A stretch of DNA of 63,734 nt, filler included, from Octopus bimaculoides (GCF_001194135.2; 7 parts of 7 records of this genome joined end to end with filler, not necessarily neighbours in it); one strand, 5' to 3'. Positions 1 through 12,608 are shown, counted from the whole stretch's first letter. Numbers and translations: made by a program. Notes: a model not told the origin generated them from the sequence alone.

Positions 1-251
1 TGTTTATACGTATATATATATATATGTATGTGTGTGTATATGTTTGTGTGTTTGTGTTTGTCCCCCCCCCCCAACATCGCTTGACAAACGATGCTGGTGT
101 GTTAACGTCCCTGTAACTTAGTGGTTCAGCAAAAAGAGACCAACAGAATAAGTACTAGGCTTACAAAGAATAAGTCCTGGGGTCGATTTACTCGACTTAA
201 GGTGGTGCTCCAGCATGGCCGCAGTCAAATGAATGAAACAAGTAAAAAGAG
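1..251 (+). mobile_element. SINE family A (tRNA/CORE-type, OR-like), 3' half with internal TA/TG microsatellite
   Basis: Body 'gcttgacaaacgatgctggtg...agaataagtcctggggtcgat...ccagcatggccgcagtcaaatg' recurs in reverse at ~2354, 6600, 23980, 36355 and 49210. Confidence 0.8.
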
Positions 252-279
252 ATAGAGTATGGAAGAATACAAAGAATAA

Positions 280-362
280 AGTGTTAGCCATGTACACTGT
301 AGTGGGATTGAACCAAAAACCATGTTACTGTGATGCAGACTTCTTAACCACATAGCCATGCC
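280..362 (-). mobile_element. SINE family A tRNA-like head fragment
   Basis: Matches the head of the copies at 7510-7599 and 36680-36768 ('gtgggattgaacc...cttcttaaccacatagccatgcc'). Confidence 0.65.
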
Positions 363-1689
363 AAAGTCTTTATTTTACAATATTTATACGATGGCATGCT
401 GTAGACGAAGATGCTTTCCTATGTTTATTTGAAACAAAAGTATTGGAACATTTCAATAAGAAAAACAGCTGAAGTTATCTCAAGCAAGAATTCTGTCTTT
501 ATTTATTATTTACTTCCAGGTTTTTCTGAGATAGTGTAAACAGCATAAATAAAATCTTGTTGCAGTAGAAACTTATGTAATATAAATAGTTGGCATTGAG
601 CTATAAAATTCTGCTTGAAGCACAGTTTGTTTTATTATTTTATTTATTTAATTTTTGTTTCTTTCTTTTTTTTCCCTCCTGAACTAATGCTAACAAAGCA
701 GAGAGAGAGAGAGAGGGGGGGCGGATAAATTACATAAAAATAAATACAAAAAAAATGCTACAGAGAAAGTTTTATACAAAAATATTTTATGATCAAATAT
801 TGCAAAATATAATGGTAAGAAAATTGAATGTTTTTATCTTGCTTGTTATTTTAATATGCTATTATTTTTAATTTCAGTGATTTAATATCTATTTTCCATA
901 ACAGAATTGCTTGGATAGTTCAGCAAATTTTGATATTATTGGATAAAATATCGAAAGAAAAAAAAAACAGAGAAAAACAAATAAATGATTCTACAGAGAG
1001 AGAGAGAGAGAGAGGTCTTCCATCGAATACAACTACTCAATGAAAACAAACCAATAAAAAAGAGCCTTTATGTGGATGTTGTAACTCCCAGAAATAACAA
1101 CCAAATCTCTTTGAAATCGCACAATACGATCTAAAGCTTTCCATTACCATACTTTTATTAAAAAACATTGTCTTTAATCTAATTAGTTTTTGAGAATAAT
1201 GAAGAATTTAAGAAAACAATTTTGCTATTATTAATTTTTTAGAACATCAATTAACATGAGATTTTAATGGGATGATTAATTAAGATTGTCTTAAAACAGG
1301 ATGGCCTCTTAAACCAAGGGTGATCTCAGGTGGGTTGTTACCAAAAGGGTTACATAGGACGCAACGGGTAGAATTGTTTTAAATAACCCTAACATGATAT
1401 AATGATCACAACTGAAATACCTTTGACCAGGGACAACCTGGACTAAACAATTACAGCTGTAAAAGTAACAGAAACTTAATGAAGAATTTGAGGTTGAATC
1501 CATTTTCTTAACTTCAAGTCAAAAACCAATTTATTCCCATGGCATTTCTGCTGCAGAGGACATCTTTTCACTCCACCTCATCTTGAACCCAGAAAAGTCA
1601 GGTACAGAATTAAATATCAGTGTAACCTCAACTCAAATGCTTTATTGGGCTTGGAAATCCTAATGGCCCACCATAATGTCCAGTTCTTG

Positions 1690-1900
1690 TAGTGTAATTG
1701 CTTGTGAGCCTCAATGACCTTGAGAGCTTTGCTAGTAGAGCGCAAGTGCCTGATAGGGTCTCCCATGCTGAACAGGTCAAAGGACAGAGGCCACACTAAT
1801 ATGGAGCGTCTTTTTGCCAGAGGTAAAAAGGGGGTTTATGTAGGGCCAACACAATTCCCTAGGCAAAGGCAGGGTTACTGAAGTATTGATGGCAATTCAA
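1690..1900 (+). mobile_element. Degenerate RTE-type 5' UTR fragment
   Basis: 'gatagggtctcccatgctgaacaggtcaaaggacagaggccacactaa' resembles the 5' UTR motif I recall from RTE-clade LINEs; a related motif is at ~38430-38490. Confidence 0.4.
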
Positions 1901-2353
1901 AAATTAACATGGCTTGGGAGAAGAAAGACAGAAAAGACAACCCAGAGTTGACAACAGTGGAAAAAAAAAGTCATTATCTGGCTCAAATATTCCAGTTGTT
2001 TTATGTTCAAACTGGCAAGATCTCGCCTCTCACACTTTCCCTACAATGTCATTCTAAAAATAAACAAACACACCATCGAAATCGCAAAGCTACAAGATAA
2101 TGTATGATTAATTCCAAAATGTGAATAGATAAGCATCACATCTGACAGAATAATCTGAACATGACTAGATTTGCTTCATAATCTGCCAGAAGCCCACAAA
2201 CCTTCCTCACAGGGCAAGAACTGTAGGGGGCCTTGATTTGGCTCTTAACCACTCAGCTATGCGCATGTAATAATGAGTTATTATGTAACCAGTAACAGTA
2301 ACAGGTTTCTATCAGCTATTGATGGTACCGGTTCTGATTTGATCCAAGTAATT

Positions 2354-2970
2354 TTTTACTTTTCTTTGTTTCAGTCACTGGACTTCAGCCGTGCTTTGGC
2401 ACTGCTTTCAAAGATTTAGTCAAGCAAATTGACTCCAGTCTGGTACTTTTCTATCAGTTTTTTTTGCCAAATAGCTAAGTTAAGGGAGCTGCTAAGTTAC
2501 AGAGACGTAAGCGAACGGTGGTTGCCATATGATGTGTGTGTAAGGGCACACGCACACACACACACACACATGATGAGTTTTCACACAGTTTCCTTATTTC
2601 GTTATTGCCCACAAGGGGCTAAACATAGAGGGGACAAACAAGGATGGACAAAGGGATCAAGTTGATTACATCGACCCCATTGCGTAACTGGTACTTAATT
2701 TATCGACCCCGAAAGGATGAAAGGCAAAGTCGACCTTGGCGGAATTTGAACCCAGAACGAAACGGCAGACGAAATACCGCTAAGGATTTCGCCCGGCGTG
2801 CTAACGATTCTGCCAGCTCGCCGCTTCCACACAGTTTCCGCCTACCAAATTCCCTCACAAGGCATTAGTGGACTAGGAGCTTCAGAAGACACTAGCTCAA
2901 GATGGGACTGAACCTGAAACCATGTAGTTAGAATAAAGTAAGCCTTTTAACCACACAGCCATGCCTGCAC
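2354..2970 (-). mobile_element. SINE family A, full length, interrupted by a family C SINE
   Basis: Tail at 2354, (CA)n linker at ~2550, head ending 'ccacacagccatgcctgcac' at 2970; split at 2594-2827. Confidence 0.8.
2594..2827 (-). mobile_element. SINE family C, full length, with 12-bp TSD
   Basis: Minus-strand head GCGGCGAGCTGGCAGAATCG (A-box-like) and GGTTCAAATTCC (B-box-like); flanked by CACACAGTTTCC at 2582-2593 and 2828-2839. Confidence 0.9.
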
Positions 2971-3304
2971 CGAATTTCACCTGAAAATATTCCAAATAAT
3001 GAACTAAGATGTTTGAGTTTTGAAGATTCCGATAATATGGCATCCGGTGCCTTAAATAAATCTTAACTCAGGCCAATCTAAACATTAAGACAAGCTTTAT
3101 GAAAAAAAATCAATGGGAAAGAGAAAATTTTTAGACTAAATCTTTACACAGAACAACAATAAAAATCTCTGTGGAATTATTTGATAGATATCAGATACAA
3201 ACAATTGCAATACAAACAAAATGGAGACTAACAAATGGTAAATAAGAACAATATCAATTATAATAGGTATACTTGATAAGAACCTACTTCAGCTGATATA
3301 ATGT

Positions 3305-3520
3305 CTTCTATGTTTTAGTATGGAGGGGCCAGTAATTTTAAAGGGAGGGAGAATTACATTGACTCCAATGCTTAGCTGACCTAGTCAACCCCAGTTCCTT
3401 TTCTTGATGGTGGGGTTTCAAGAGGTTACTAGTTCCCATTACTACATAAAGACAGATGAAATGCTGCTTAGCATGCTTTGTCCAGCATTCTACCAATTCT
3501 GCCAGCTCAACACTTAATAG
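3305..3520 (-). mobile_element. Degenerate SINE family C
   Basis: 'attacattgactccaatgct...cattctaccaattctgccagctc' aligns loosely to 2660-2827. Confidence 0.55.
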
Positions 3521-3743
3521 CAAGAGCAACAACAACAAAGGAGTTTCATAGAAGCCACACAATATGCTAAAAAGAGCAGCCAAATTTCTCCTAAAAAACC
3601 ACGTCAAATGTAGTCCCTGACAGCAAAACGATGTGATGGTCATGCTTGGCATGCCTTTACTCATAGACAAGCTCGATAAGCGCTGAACTTGGGCTATACA
3701 ACAACAAATGCAAGGATAGTTAATTCAGTCAAATCTGTCTCCC

Positions 3744-3833
3744 CATCACCACCACCACCAAAACCACCACCACCACCACCACCACTACCACCACCACTAC
3801 CACCACCACCACTACCACCAAAACCACCACCAC
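3744..3833. repeat. (CCA)n microsatellite running into an N gap
   Basis: Direct reading; source of the spurious poly-Pro ORF. Confidence 0.95.
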
Positions 3834-4483
3834 NNNNNNNNNNNNNNNNNNNNNNNNNNNNNNNNNNNNNNNNNNNNNNNNNNNNNNNNNNNNNNNNNNN
3901 NNNNNNNNNNNNNNNNNNNNNNNNNNNNNNNNNNNNNNNNNNNNNNNNNNNNNNNNNNNNNNNNNNNNNNNNNNNNNNNNNNNNNNNNNNNNNNNNNNNN
4001 NNNNNNNNNNNNNNNNNNNNNNNNNNNNNNNNNNNNNNNNNNNNNNNNNNNNNNNNNNNNNNNNNNNNNNNNNNNNNNNNNNNNNNNNNNNNNNNNNNNN
4101 NNNNNNNNNNNNNNNNNNNNNNNNNNNNNNNNNNNNNNNNNNNNNNNNNNNNNNNNNNNNNNNNNNNNNNNNNNNNNNNNNNNNNNNNNNNNNNNNNNNN
4201 NNNNNNNNNNNNNNNNNNNNNNNNNNNNNNNNNNNNNNNNNNNNNNNNNNNNNNNNNNNNNNNNNNNNNNNNNNNNNNNNNNNNNNNNNNNNNNNNNNNN
4301 NNNNNNNNNNNNNNNNNNNNNNNNNNNNNNNNNNNNNNNNNNNNNNNNNNNNNNNNNNNNNNNNNNNNNNNNNNNNNNNNNNNNNNNNNNNNNNNNNNNN
4401 NNNNNNNNNNNNNNNNNNNNNNNNNNNNNNNNNNNNNNNNNNNNNNNNNNNNNNNNNNNNNNNNNNNNNNNNNNNNNNNNNNN

Positions 4484-4529
<46 letters not shown>

Positions 4530-4560
4530 GTATATATATATATATGTGTATATATATATG

Positions 4561-4610
<50 letters not shown>

Positions 4611-4804
4611 CATGTATGTATATATGTGTGTGTGTATATATATATATATATATGCCTGTGTGTGTGTATATATAATATATACATACACATGCTCATACAC
4701 ACACACACACACACACACAGAGATAGAAAGTGATAAAGATATATTCTCTTGTCTTTGAATTCAGCCTATATGCTAGAGACCAGAGTATATTGTATCCCTA
4801 CTAA

Positions 4805-5510
4805 TTACTTTGTCTGTCGATGCCACAAAGACTATCTAGTCATCCTGGGGTGGGGGTGGGCTTGCTTTGTGAGTCTACAGATGGTTAGTGAGGCCAATCT
4901 GTGCCCCAAAGAGTCTTTGACAGTGTGGGCAGGGAATGGTAGCGCCTGCTACAGGGTTGTTAGCTCTGTTCTTCCTGGCTTGTCTACTGTCTTCAGGAGC
5001 AGCGTTCCTATTGGTCATGCATGTGTTGGCACCCTTGTGGACAGCTGATCACCACCTTTCTCTGTCTAGAGCAGACTGCTCCCAAGTTGCATGGTTGATG
5101 TTGAATGCTTTCAGTGAGGCTTTCAGCTTGTCCTTAAAGTGCTTCTTCTGGTCGCATTGTGAGCCACTTTCCCTTTTGCAGTTCGACAAGCGAGCTAGGT
5201 GCCCTGCCCAGCAAAGTTGAGACTGCATCAAGATGGTATGGATGCTGGGCAGGTTAGCACGTATTAGTACCTTGGTGTCTAGGATACTGTCCTGCCACTT
5301 TTCTGAGGTATATTGTATGAAAGTGGTTCAGCTTCCTGGCATGATGCCGGTGGACCGTCCAGGACTCGCAGCCGTAAAGCAACGTTGTGAGAACAACAGC
5401 CCGGCACACCTTGATCTTTGTCATGATGGTGATACCCCTCCTGTTTCAGACAGTCTTGCATAGCCTGCCGAAGTCTAATCCCACACTCATTGCTTGTGAA
5501 GCCATCCCAG
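4805..5510 (-). pseudogene. RTE (BovB-like) LINE 3' fragment, post-RT C-terminal region, disrupted
   Basis: Minus-strand peptides 'FGRLCKTV*NRRGITIMTKIKVCRAVVLTTLLYGCESWTV..HARKLNHFH', 'RANLPSIHTILMQSQLCWAGHLAR' and 'QKKHFKDKLKASLKAFNINHATWEQSALDRERW' are typical RTE C-terminal motifs. Confidence 0.85.
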
Positions 5511-5516
5511 TGGTAT

Positions 5517-5555
5517 ATAAGACAGATAAAGAGATAAATAGATAGACAGACAGAC

Positions 5556-5632
<77 letters not shown>

Positions 5633-5642
5633 AAGACAGACA
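5517..5642. repeat. Compound (GATA)n/(GA)n microsatellite
   Basis: Direct reading. Confidence 0.95.
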
Positions 5643-5885
5643 GTCAGTGTGTGTGTGTTTATGCATGTTAGTGTGTATATATGTATTTGTACCACTGAGT
5701 ATGTTTGTGAGTGTATGCATATTGCATATAAAAGTGTGCATCGATATGCATGCATGTGTGTGTGCATGTGAGTGTGTGTGTGTGTGTGTGTGTGTGCCAG
5801 TCCATGTGTCACTGTATGGCTTGTGCTTGCAAGGGAAGATATGGAAACCATACCAATTAAACAAGTTCTCTTTTTGAGTAGTAGT

Positions 5886-5916
<31 letters not shown>

Positions 5917-6599
5917 TTAGTAGTAGTAGTATTAGTAGTAGTAGTAGTAGTAGTAGGTGGTGGTGGTGGTGCCAGTGGCTGTCACTAGCAAAAATATTTA
6001 CAGTTCACACAGTTGATCACTGTACACACACACAAAAACACACACACACTCACACACACACACACACACACACTCACACACACACACACGCTCACACACA
6101 CACACGCACAAACACACACACGTGCATACACACAAAAATACACACAAGCAACTGAAATGCCAAGTCAATCAGAGTGTGTGTGTGTGCATGTGTTTGCATA
6201 TGTGTGTGTATGTGCACGTGTGTATGTGTGTGTGTATGGCAGATGTGCTTATGTTTCAATGTGTACATGTACCTTGGCTATGTTGTTGTCTGTAGCAACC
6301 TCATTCTAAGGAATATGGTGTGACTTTATATTTTCCATATGTTGCAAGTCTATATATCAGGTCAGTGTATTTTCTAATGCGAAACAATGTCATCACTGTT
6401 AACACACAAATAATAGTGTGCCCTTAAAATATACACACCCACTGTCATAAATAGCTAGAAAGAAAAAAAAAGTGGGGTCACTTGAGACCCTTACCATGGA
6501 ATACTTATCTATCTCCCACCTGGGACTGCATGCTGCTAATAACAGTCATAAACATCCTGTACTAACATTAATGGTGAGTCATGTAACTCACTGGTCTAC

Positions 6600-6819
6600 T
6601 GCTTCTTTGGCACCATGGACTGTGGCCATACTGGGGCACTGTCTTGAACAGTTGTCAGTCGGACAAATTGGCTTCAGGGGTTTTTTTTTTTTTTTTGGAG
6701 CCTTGTACTTATTTTATTGATCTCTTGTAGCCGGACCACTAAGCTTACAGAGAGGTAAACATAGACACACTGACACCGGCTGTCGAGCAGTGGTAGGGGA
6801 CAAACAGACACAAACATAC

Positions 6820-6856
<37 letters not shown>

Positions 6857-7402
6857 NNNNNNNNNNNNNNNNNNNNNNNNNNNNNNNNNNNNNNNNNNNN
6901 NNNNNNNNNNNNNNNNNNNNNNNNNNNNNNNNNNNNNNNNNNNNNNNNNNNNNNNNNNNNNNNNNNNNNNNNNNNNNNNNNNNNNNNNNNNNNNNNNNNN
7001 NNNNNNNNNNNNNNNNNNNNNNNNNNNNNNNNNNNNNNNNNNNNNNNNNNNNNNNNNNNNNNNNNNNNNNNNNNNNNNNNNNNNNNNNNNNNNNNNNNNN
7101 NNNNNNNNNNNNNNNNNNNNNNNNNNNNNNNNNNNNNNNNNNNNNNNNNNNNNNNNNNNNNNNNNNNNNNNNNNNNNNNNNNNNNNNNNNNNNNNNNNNN
7201 NNNNNNNNNNNNNNNNNNNNNNNNNNNNNNNNNNNNNNNNNNNNNNNNNNNNNNNNNNNNNNNNNNNNNNNNNNNNNNNNNNNNNNNNNNNNNNNNNNNN
7301 NNNNNNNNNNNNNNNNNNNNNNNNNNNNNNNNNNNNNNNNNNNNNNNNNNNNNNNNNNNNNNNNNNNNNNNNNNNNNNNNNNNNNNNNNNNNNNNNNNNN
7401 NN

Positions 7403-7434
<32 letters not shown>

Positions 7435-7599
7435 GCACACACACGATGGGCTTCTTTCAGTTTCCCTCTACCAAATCCACTCACAAGGCATTAGTCAGCC
7501 TAAGGCTATAGTAGAAGACACTTGTCCAAGGTGCCACACAGCAGGACTGAACCTGGGACCAGGTGGTTGGGAAACAACTTTCTTGCCACACAGCCACGC
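6600..7599 (-). mobile_element. SINE family A spanning a (TA)n/N gap
   Basis: Tail at 6600-6820; head 'gatgggcttctttcagtttcc...gccacacagccacgc' at 7445-7599. Confidence 0.8.
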
Positions 7600-8085
7600 T
7601 TAAAAAAAAAAAAAAATAAGGGAGACATTGAATCCTTCAACCAGAGTGGACTATTTTCTCGGGTGTCAGAGGACTCCAGCAGCGAAGGAATGGTCACGGC
7701 TGGAGTGTCTTTGAATATAGTTCAGCTTGACAAGAGCCAACAAGAGACTGAATTACAACAACAACAACAAAAACCACACACAAACTACTAAACTACTAAA
7801 CATTTTCAGTCTATGGTTTCCTGGAAAGATGAACGATTGTTTTTTCCAAATATAAATTCAATACAGTATTGATATAGAAACCATAAACAAACTAAGCAGA
7901 TCACTGACTAAACATTGAAAAATAAACAAAAAAAAAACAAACATTTTTTTAAAGATTTCCAATAAGTTTTGTCATGTATTCCTCCCTCCGCTACTTCCCA
8001 GCAATTAAAAATATACATTTAGACATTTACATTCCTTTCTTATATACTATCAATTATTTTGTTGACTTCTAGAAAGTGTCTGATA

Positions 8086-8345
8086 TCATCATCATCATTA
8101 TCATCATCGTTTAACGTCCGCTTTCCATGCTAGCATGGGTTGGACGATTTGACTGGGGGACTGGCAAATCAGATGGCTACACCAGACTCCAATCTGATCT
8201 GGCAGAGTTTCTACAGCTGGATGCCCTTCCTAACGCCAAGCACTCCGAGAGTGTAGTGGGTGCCTTTTACGTGCCACCGGCACGAGGGCCAGTCTGGCGG
8301 TACTGGCAACAGCCATGCTCAAATGATGTTTTTTTTTACGTGAGA
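8086..8345 (-). mobile_element. Retroposon family B with (GAT)n tail (RTE-related 3' end)
   Basis: 'catcatcatcgtttaacgtccgctttccatgctagcatggg...ggatgcccttcctaacgccaa' is near-identical at 10126, 11254, 11570 and 13622. Confidence 0.85.
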
Positions 8346-8366
8346 GAGAAGGAGACACAGGTAGAT

Positions 8367-8400
<34 letters not shown>

Positions 8401-9245
8401 TGTGTTCTTNNNNNNNNNNNNNNNNNNNNNNNNNNNNNNNNNNNNNNNNNNNNNNNNNNNNNNNNNNNNNNNNNNNNNNNNNNNNNNNNNNNNNNNNNNN
8501 NNNNNNNNNNNNNNNNNNNNNNNNNNNNNNNNNNNNNNNNNNNNNNNNNNNNNNNNNNNNNNNNNNNNNNNNNNNNNNNNNNNNNNNNNNNNNNNNNNNN
8601 NNNNNNNNNNNNNNNNNNNNNNNNNNNNNNNNNNNNNNNNNNNNNNNNNNNNNNNNNNNNNNNNNNNNNNNNNNNNNNNNNNNNNNNNNNNNNNNNNNNN
8701 NNNNNNNNNNNNNNNNNNNNNNNNNNNNNNNNNNNNNNNNNNNNNNNNNNNNNNNNNNNNNNNNNNNNNNNNNNNNNNNNNNNNNNNNNNNNNNNNNNNN
8801 NNNNNNNNNNNNNNNNNNNNNNNNNNNNNNNNNNNNNNNNNNNNNNNNNNNNNNNNNNNNNNNNNNNNNNNNNNNNNNNNNNNNNNNNNNNNNNNNNNNN
8901 NNNNNNNNNNNNNNNNNNNNNNNNNNNNNNNNNNNNNNNNNNNNNNNNNNNNNNNNNNNNNNNNNNNNNNNNNNNNNNNNNNNNNNNNNNNNNNNNNNNN
9001 NNNNNNNNNNNNNNNNNNNNNNNNNNNNNNNNNNNNNNNNNNNNNNNNNNNNNNNNNNNNNNNNNNNNNNNNNNNNNNNNNNNNNNNNNNNNNNNNNNNN
9101 NNNNNNNNNNNNNNNNNNNNNNNNNNNNNNNNNNNNNNNNNNNNNNNNNNNNNNNNNNNNNNNNNNNNNNNNNNNNNNNNNNNNNNNNNNNNNNNNNNNN
9201 NNNNNNNNNNNNNNNNNNNNNNNNNNNNNNNNNNNNNNNNNNNNN

Positions 9246-9297
<52 letters not shown>

Positions 9298-9582
9298 CGT
9301 ACACACATACATGTGTGTATATATGTATATATACAAACATACAACACACATATATATATATACACGTATACATGCACACACACTCATATATATATATACT
9401 CACACATACACATTCATATATATATATACACACACACACATACATATACATGTACACACACATACATATACATATTATATATATATATATATGTATATAC
9501 TCACACATATATAGTCATATACATACATATATATGCACACATACATATTCATATACATATATATACACACACATACATATTC

Positions 9583-9632
<50 letters not shown>

Positions 9633-9730
9633 GCACACCTACATATTTATATGTATATATATATACACACACAAAAATACATAAATATACGTATACATAC
9701 ACATACATATAAATACACTAATGCATGTAT

Positions 9731-9762
<32 letters not shown>

Positions 9763-10014
9763 AATAACTTTCTAAACAGCTGTTTCAGATATTTGCATTG
9801 TGTTTATCCCATTGAAATGCAAATACCATTAAATATATTGGAAAAGAAAAAAAGGAAAAAAAAAATAACTGGCCATTAAGTAAGAGCTGTATCTTTCGCA
9901 TATAACTGAAGGCCACCAAGGCTTGCACGTTTTTACAAAGCAGTTTTGAAAATAAAGATGATGAACATCCATCCAGAATCACAAGAAATTTCACTTCATC
10001 TTTAATCTTTTTAT

Positions 10015-10125
10015 ATTTGACTGGTTTCACTCAATGACCTGCAACCATGCTGGCACACTTCCTCGAGGGATTTTAGTCAAACAAATTGATCCTGGTAATT
10101 TTTTTAGAAATCTAGTACTTATTTT
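10015..10125 (-). mobile_element. SINE family A tail fragment, resuming at ~10600 after a family B insertion
   Basis: 'accatgctggcac...ttttagtcaaacaaattgatcc...tagtacttatttt', then 'tgctgaactgctaagttacagagatgtaaa' at ~10620. Confidence 0.65.
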
Positions 10126-10590
10126 CATCATCATCATCGTTTAGCATCTGCTTTCCATGCTAGCATGGGTCGGACGATTTGACTGAGGACTGGCGAACCG
10201 GATGGCTACACCAGGCTCCAATCTGATTTGGCAGAGTTTCTACAGCTGGATGCCCTTCCTAACGCCAACCACTCCGAGAGTGTAGTGGGTGCTTTTACGA
10301 TCCACTGGCACGAAGGCCAGTCAGGAGGTACTGGCAACAACCACGCTCGAAATGGTGTATTTTACGTGCCACCTGCACAGGAGCCAGTCCAGCTTTACTG
10401 GCAATGAACTCACTTGAATGTCTTTTCACGTGCCATTTGCACAAGTGCCAGGAAGGCGACGTTGGTATCAATCATGCTCTAATGGTGCTATTGACGTGCC
10501 ACCGGCACGGAAGCCAGACAGCTGGTGCTCAGGCAACGATCACGCTCGGATGGTGCTTTTAGTGATCTACTGGTACAGGTGCCATCACGA
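10126..10590 (-). mobile_element. Retroposon family B with expanded internal ~55-60 bp tandem units
   Basis: About five diverged units of 'acgtgccacc(g/t)gcac..gagccagtc..tactggcaacg..cacgct..aatggtg' follow the conserved 3' body. Confidence 0.85.
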
Positions 10591-11088
10591 TTTCGCTTTC
10601 GCTAGCCCCTGGTTTATATTGCTGAACTGCTAAGTTACAGAGATGTAAATAAACTAGTATCCAGCTGTAAAAACCATGCCAAAACAGACAGCAAAGCATG
10701 GTGCAGTTTTCTGTCAAACTCCTTTCAGATCCTGTCAAACTGTCCAACCCATGTCAGTATGGAAAGCAGACATTAAATAATGATGGTGATGACTGAGAGA
10801 AAATAACCCATGATACAGAAAATAACCCATGATACAACAAAAATAACTACTATTTCTAATTGGAGGTGTTACTGCTTAGACCTCCCTCCCCCCCTTCGGT
10901 TATGACTGACCATGGGATTGCATCTAGAAAGTTACGCTCCCAAGCACAACTCCTGGCAAGGTTGTTTATGGAAGACTAGCAGTCACCCATGCATACCGGC
11001 CTCCCCTCTCCATGCCATCGATGTTATCCAAGGGAAAGGCAAAGGGGCCGATACAGCTTGGCACCTGTGACGTCGCAACTTACTTCTA

Positions 11089-11407
11089 CAGGGTGTCCAC
11101 AAAGGTTGGGTACATGGGGATTAACACATTAAGAAATTATTATTTTTTATATTTAATTGTTTATGTTATGATTTTATTTACTTCATGTACCCACATGGGT
11201 ATTAACACATGCTTTAAGATATTATTATTTCTTATATTTAATTGTTCATGTTATGGAGCCTGGTGTCGCCTCCTGGTCCACTAGTCCTCAGTCAAATCGT
11301 CCAACCCATGCTAGCATGGAAAGTGGACGTTAAACGACGACGACGACGATGATGATGATGAGGATGATTTTATTTACTCCATGTACCCAGACCTTGTGGA
11401 CACCCTG
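11089..11407. mobile_element. Tc1/mariner-superfamily MITE with ~31-bp TIRs and TA TSD
   Basis: Left CAGGGTGTCCACAAAGGTTGGGTACATGG; right end reverse complement CAGGGTGTCCACAAGGTCTGGGTACATGG; TA at 11087-88 and 11408-09. Confidence 0.9.
11254..11366 (+). mobile_element. 5'-truncated family B retroposon inside the MITE
   Basis: 'ggagcctggtg...ccaacccatgctagcatggaaagtggacgttaaacgacgacg...gatgatg'. Confidence 0.85.
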
Positions 11408-11569
11408 TACAGCTGAGTGAACTGGAGCAACGTGAAAATGAAAAAATAAAGTGTCTTGCTCAAGAACACAACACGCAGCCCGGTCGGTGATTCGAACTCA
11501 CAACCTCACGATCGTAAGCTCAATGCTCTAACCACTCAGCCATGCGTCTTCACAGTTTGAGGTGATTAT

Positions 11570-11794
11570 GAGCATGGCCGTTGCCAATATCGCCTGACTG
11601 GCCTTCATGCCGGTGGCACGTAAAAGCACCTACTACACTCTCGGAGTGGTTGGCGTTAGGAAGGGCATCCAGCTGTAGAAACATTGCCAGATCAGATTGG
11701 AGCCTGGTGCAGCCATCTGGTTTCACCAGTCCTCAGTCAAATCATCCAACCCATGCTAGCATGGATAGCGGATGTTAAACGACGATGATGATGA
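11570..11794 (+). mobile_element. Retroposon family B
   Basis: Reverse complement of the 8086 copy; ends in (GAT)n. Confidence 0.85.
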
Positions 11795-12545
11795 TTTTGA
11801 TATTTAAACTAAAACACATCTTACTGTCATGTAAGAACTTTTCAAGTCGCACTCCAGGCAACCAGCTTCTTAATCACAGAGCTGTTCGTTTACTAAATCC
11901 AGCTAAAATCTTAATTATTATCTATTAATTAATAGATAACAGGAATACGTAAGCTGTGTATTTCATTTGAAATATCACAATGGAAGGGCTCTAAATAATT
12001 GCAAAACTGTATTTATTAGATATTAAGTTCATTCTCCAGAGCTAGATACCCATTTAATGGTTTATGCTAGATAGGTTATTAATCCTTGATATCAGGTATC
12101 ACCACACGCAGAAGCAATAACAATAAATGAAACCTTTTAACTCGAGGTTATCCGATGCAAAAATATCAACCAGATGAAATTGGTCAAAGAGAGAAGAGGA
12201 ACAATGTCCAAATATATGAAATTTCATAATGACCACGATATCATCTACGGCAGCAATTCTATGTATAAAGAAGCAGAGAGTGTTTGATATCAATCTGGTT
12301 TCAATAAATTTTGTATCCGGTTCCAGGAGATAAAAGACCACCGCTAAATAAATGAAGTAACAATGAAAATAGCACTGGGTGGTAAAGTTAACCCCGTGCT
12401 TGGTTTGACACCACCACCTGGCCATAGTGTGTGTCCAGCAAGCTAGGCTCCTAGTTAGTGAACGACTCCCTTTCTATCCAGCAGTCTTAAATAAGGTTCT
12501 GTAAAGGGCCTTGAGCACTGCATTTCTAATTAAACTATTTAAAAA

Positions 12546-12547
<2 letters not shown>

Positions 12548-12608
<61 letters not shown>

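Larger units (their letters stand above)
10893..11553 (-). mobile_element. SINE family D (tRNA head), split by a MITE
   Basis: Minus-strand head GTGAAGACGCATGGCTGAGTGGTTAGAGC...GAGTTCGAATC with A and B boxes; body rejoins as 'cttcTAcagctgagtg' when 11089-11409 is removed. Confidence 0.8.

Noticed and set aside
1690-1830. Possible HDV-like ribozyme at RTE-type 5' ends (also 38365-38480)
   Set aside because: Known for some RTE elements, but I could not assemble the nested double pseudoknot by eye; needs an Infernal or RNArobo search.
3689-9767. Long ORFs rich in X, YIYI, CVCV, HTHT or poly-P (here and throughout the window)
   Set aside because: Translations of N gaps and di/tri-nucleotide microsatellites; not genes.
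11450-11553. tRNA-like sequences with A/B boxes (also 2760-2827, 36680-36768, 34370-34435, 23145-23220)
   Set aside because: They are SINE heads or decayed remnants; I could not build a full cloverleaf, so no tRNA gene is called.
12099-12425. Higher-complexity stretch with a 108-aa minus ORF and a possible acceptor near 12345
   Set aside because: No recognisable domain, no convincing donor, and plus frames are interrupted; cannot be supported as an exon.
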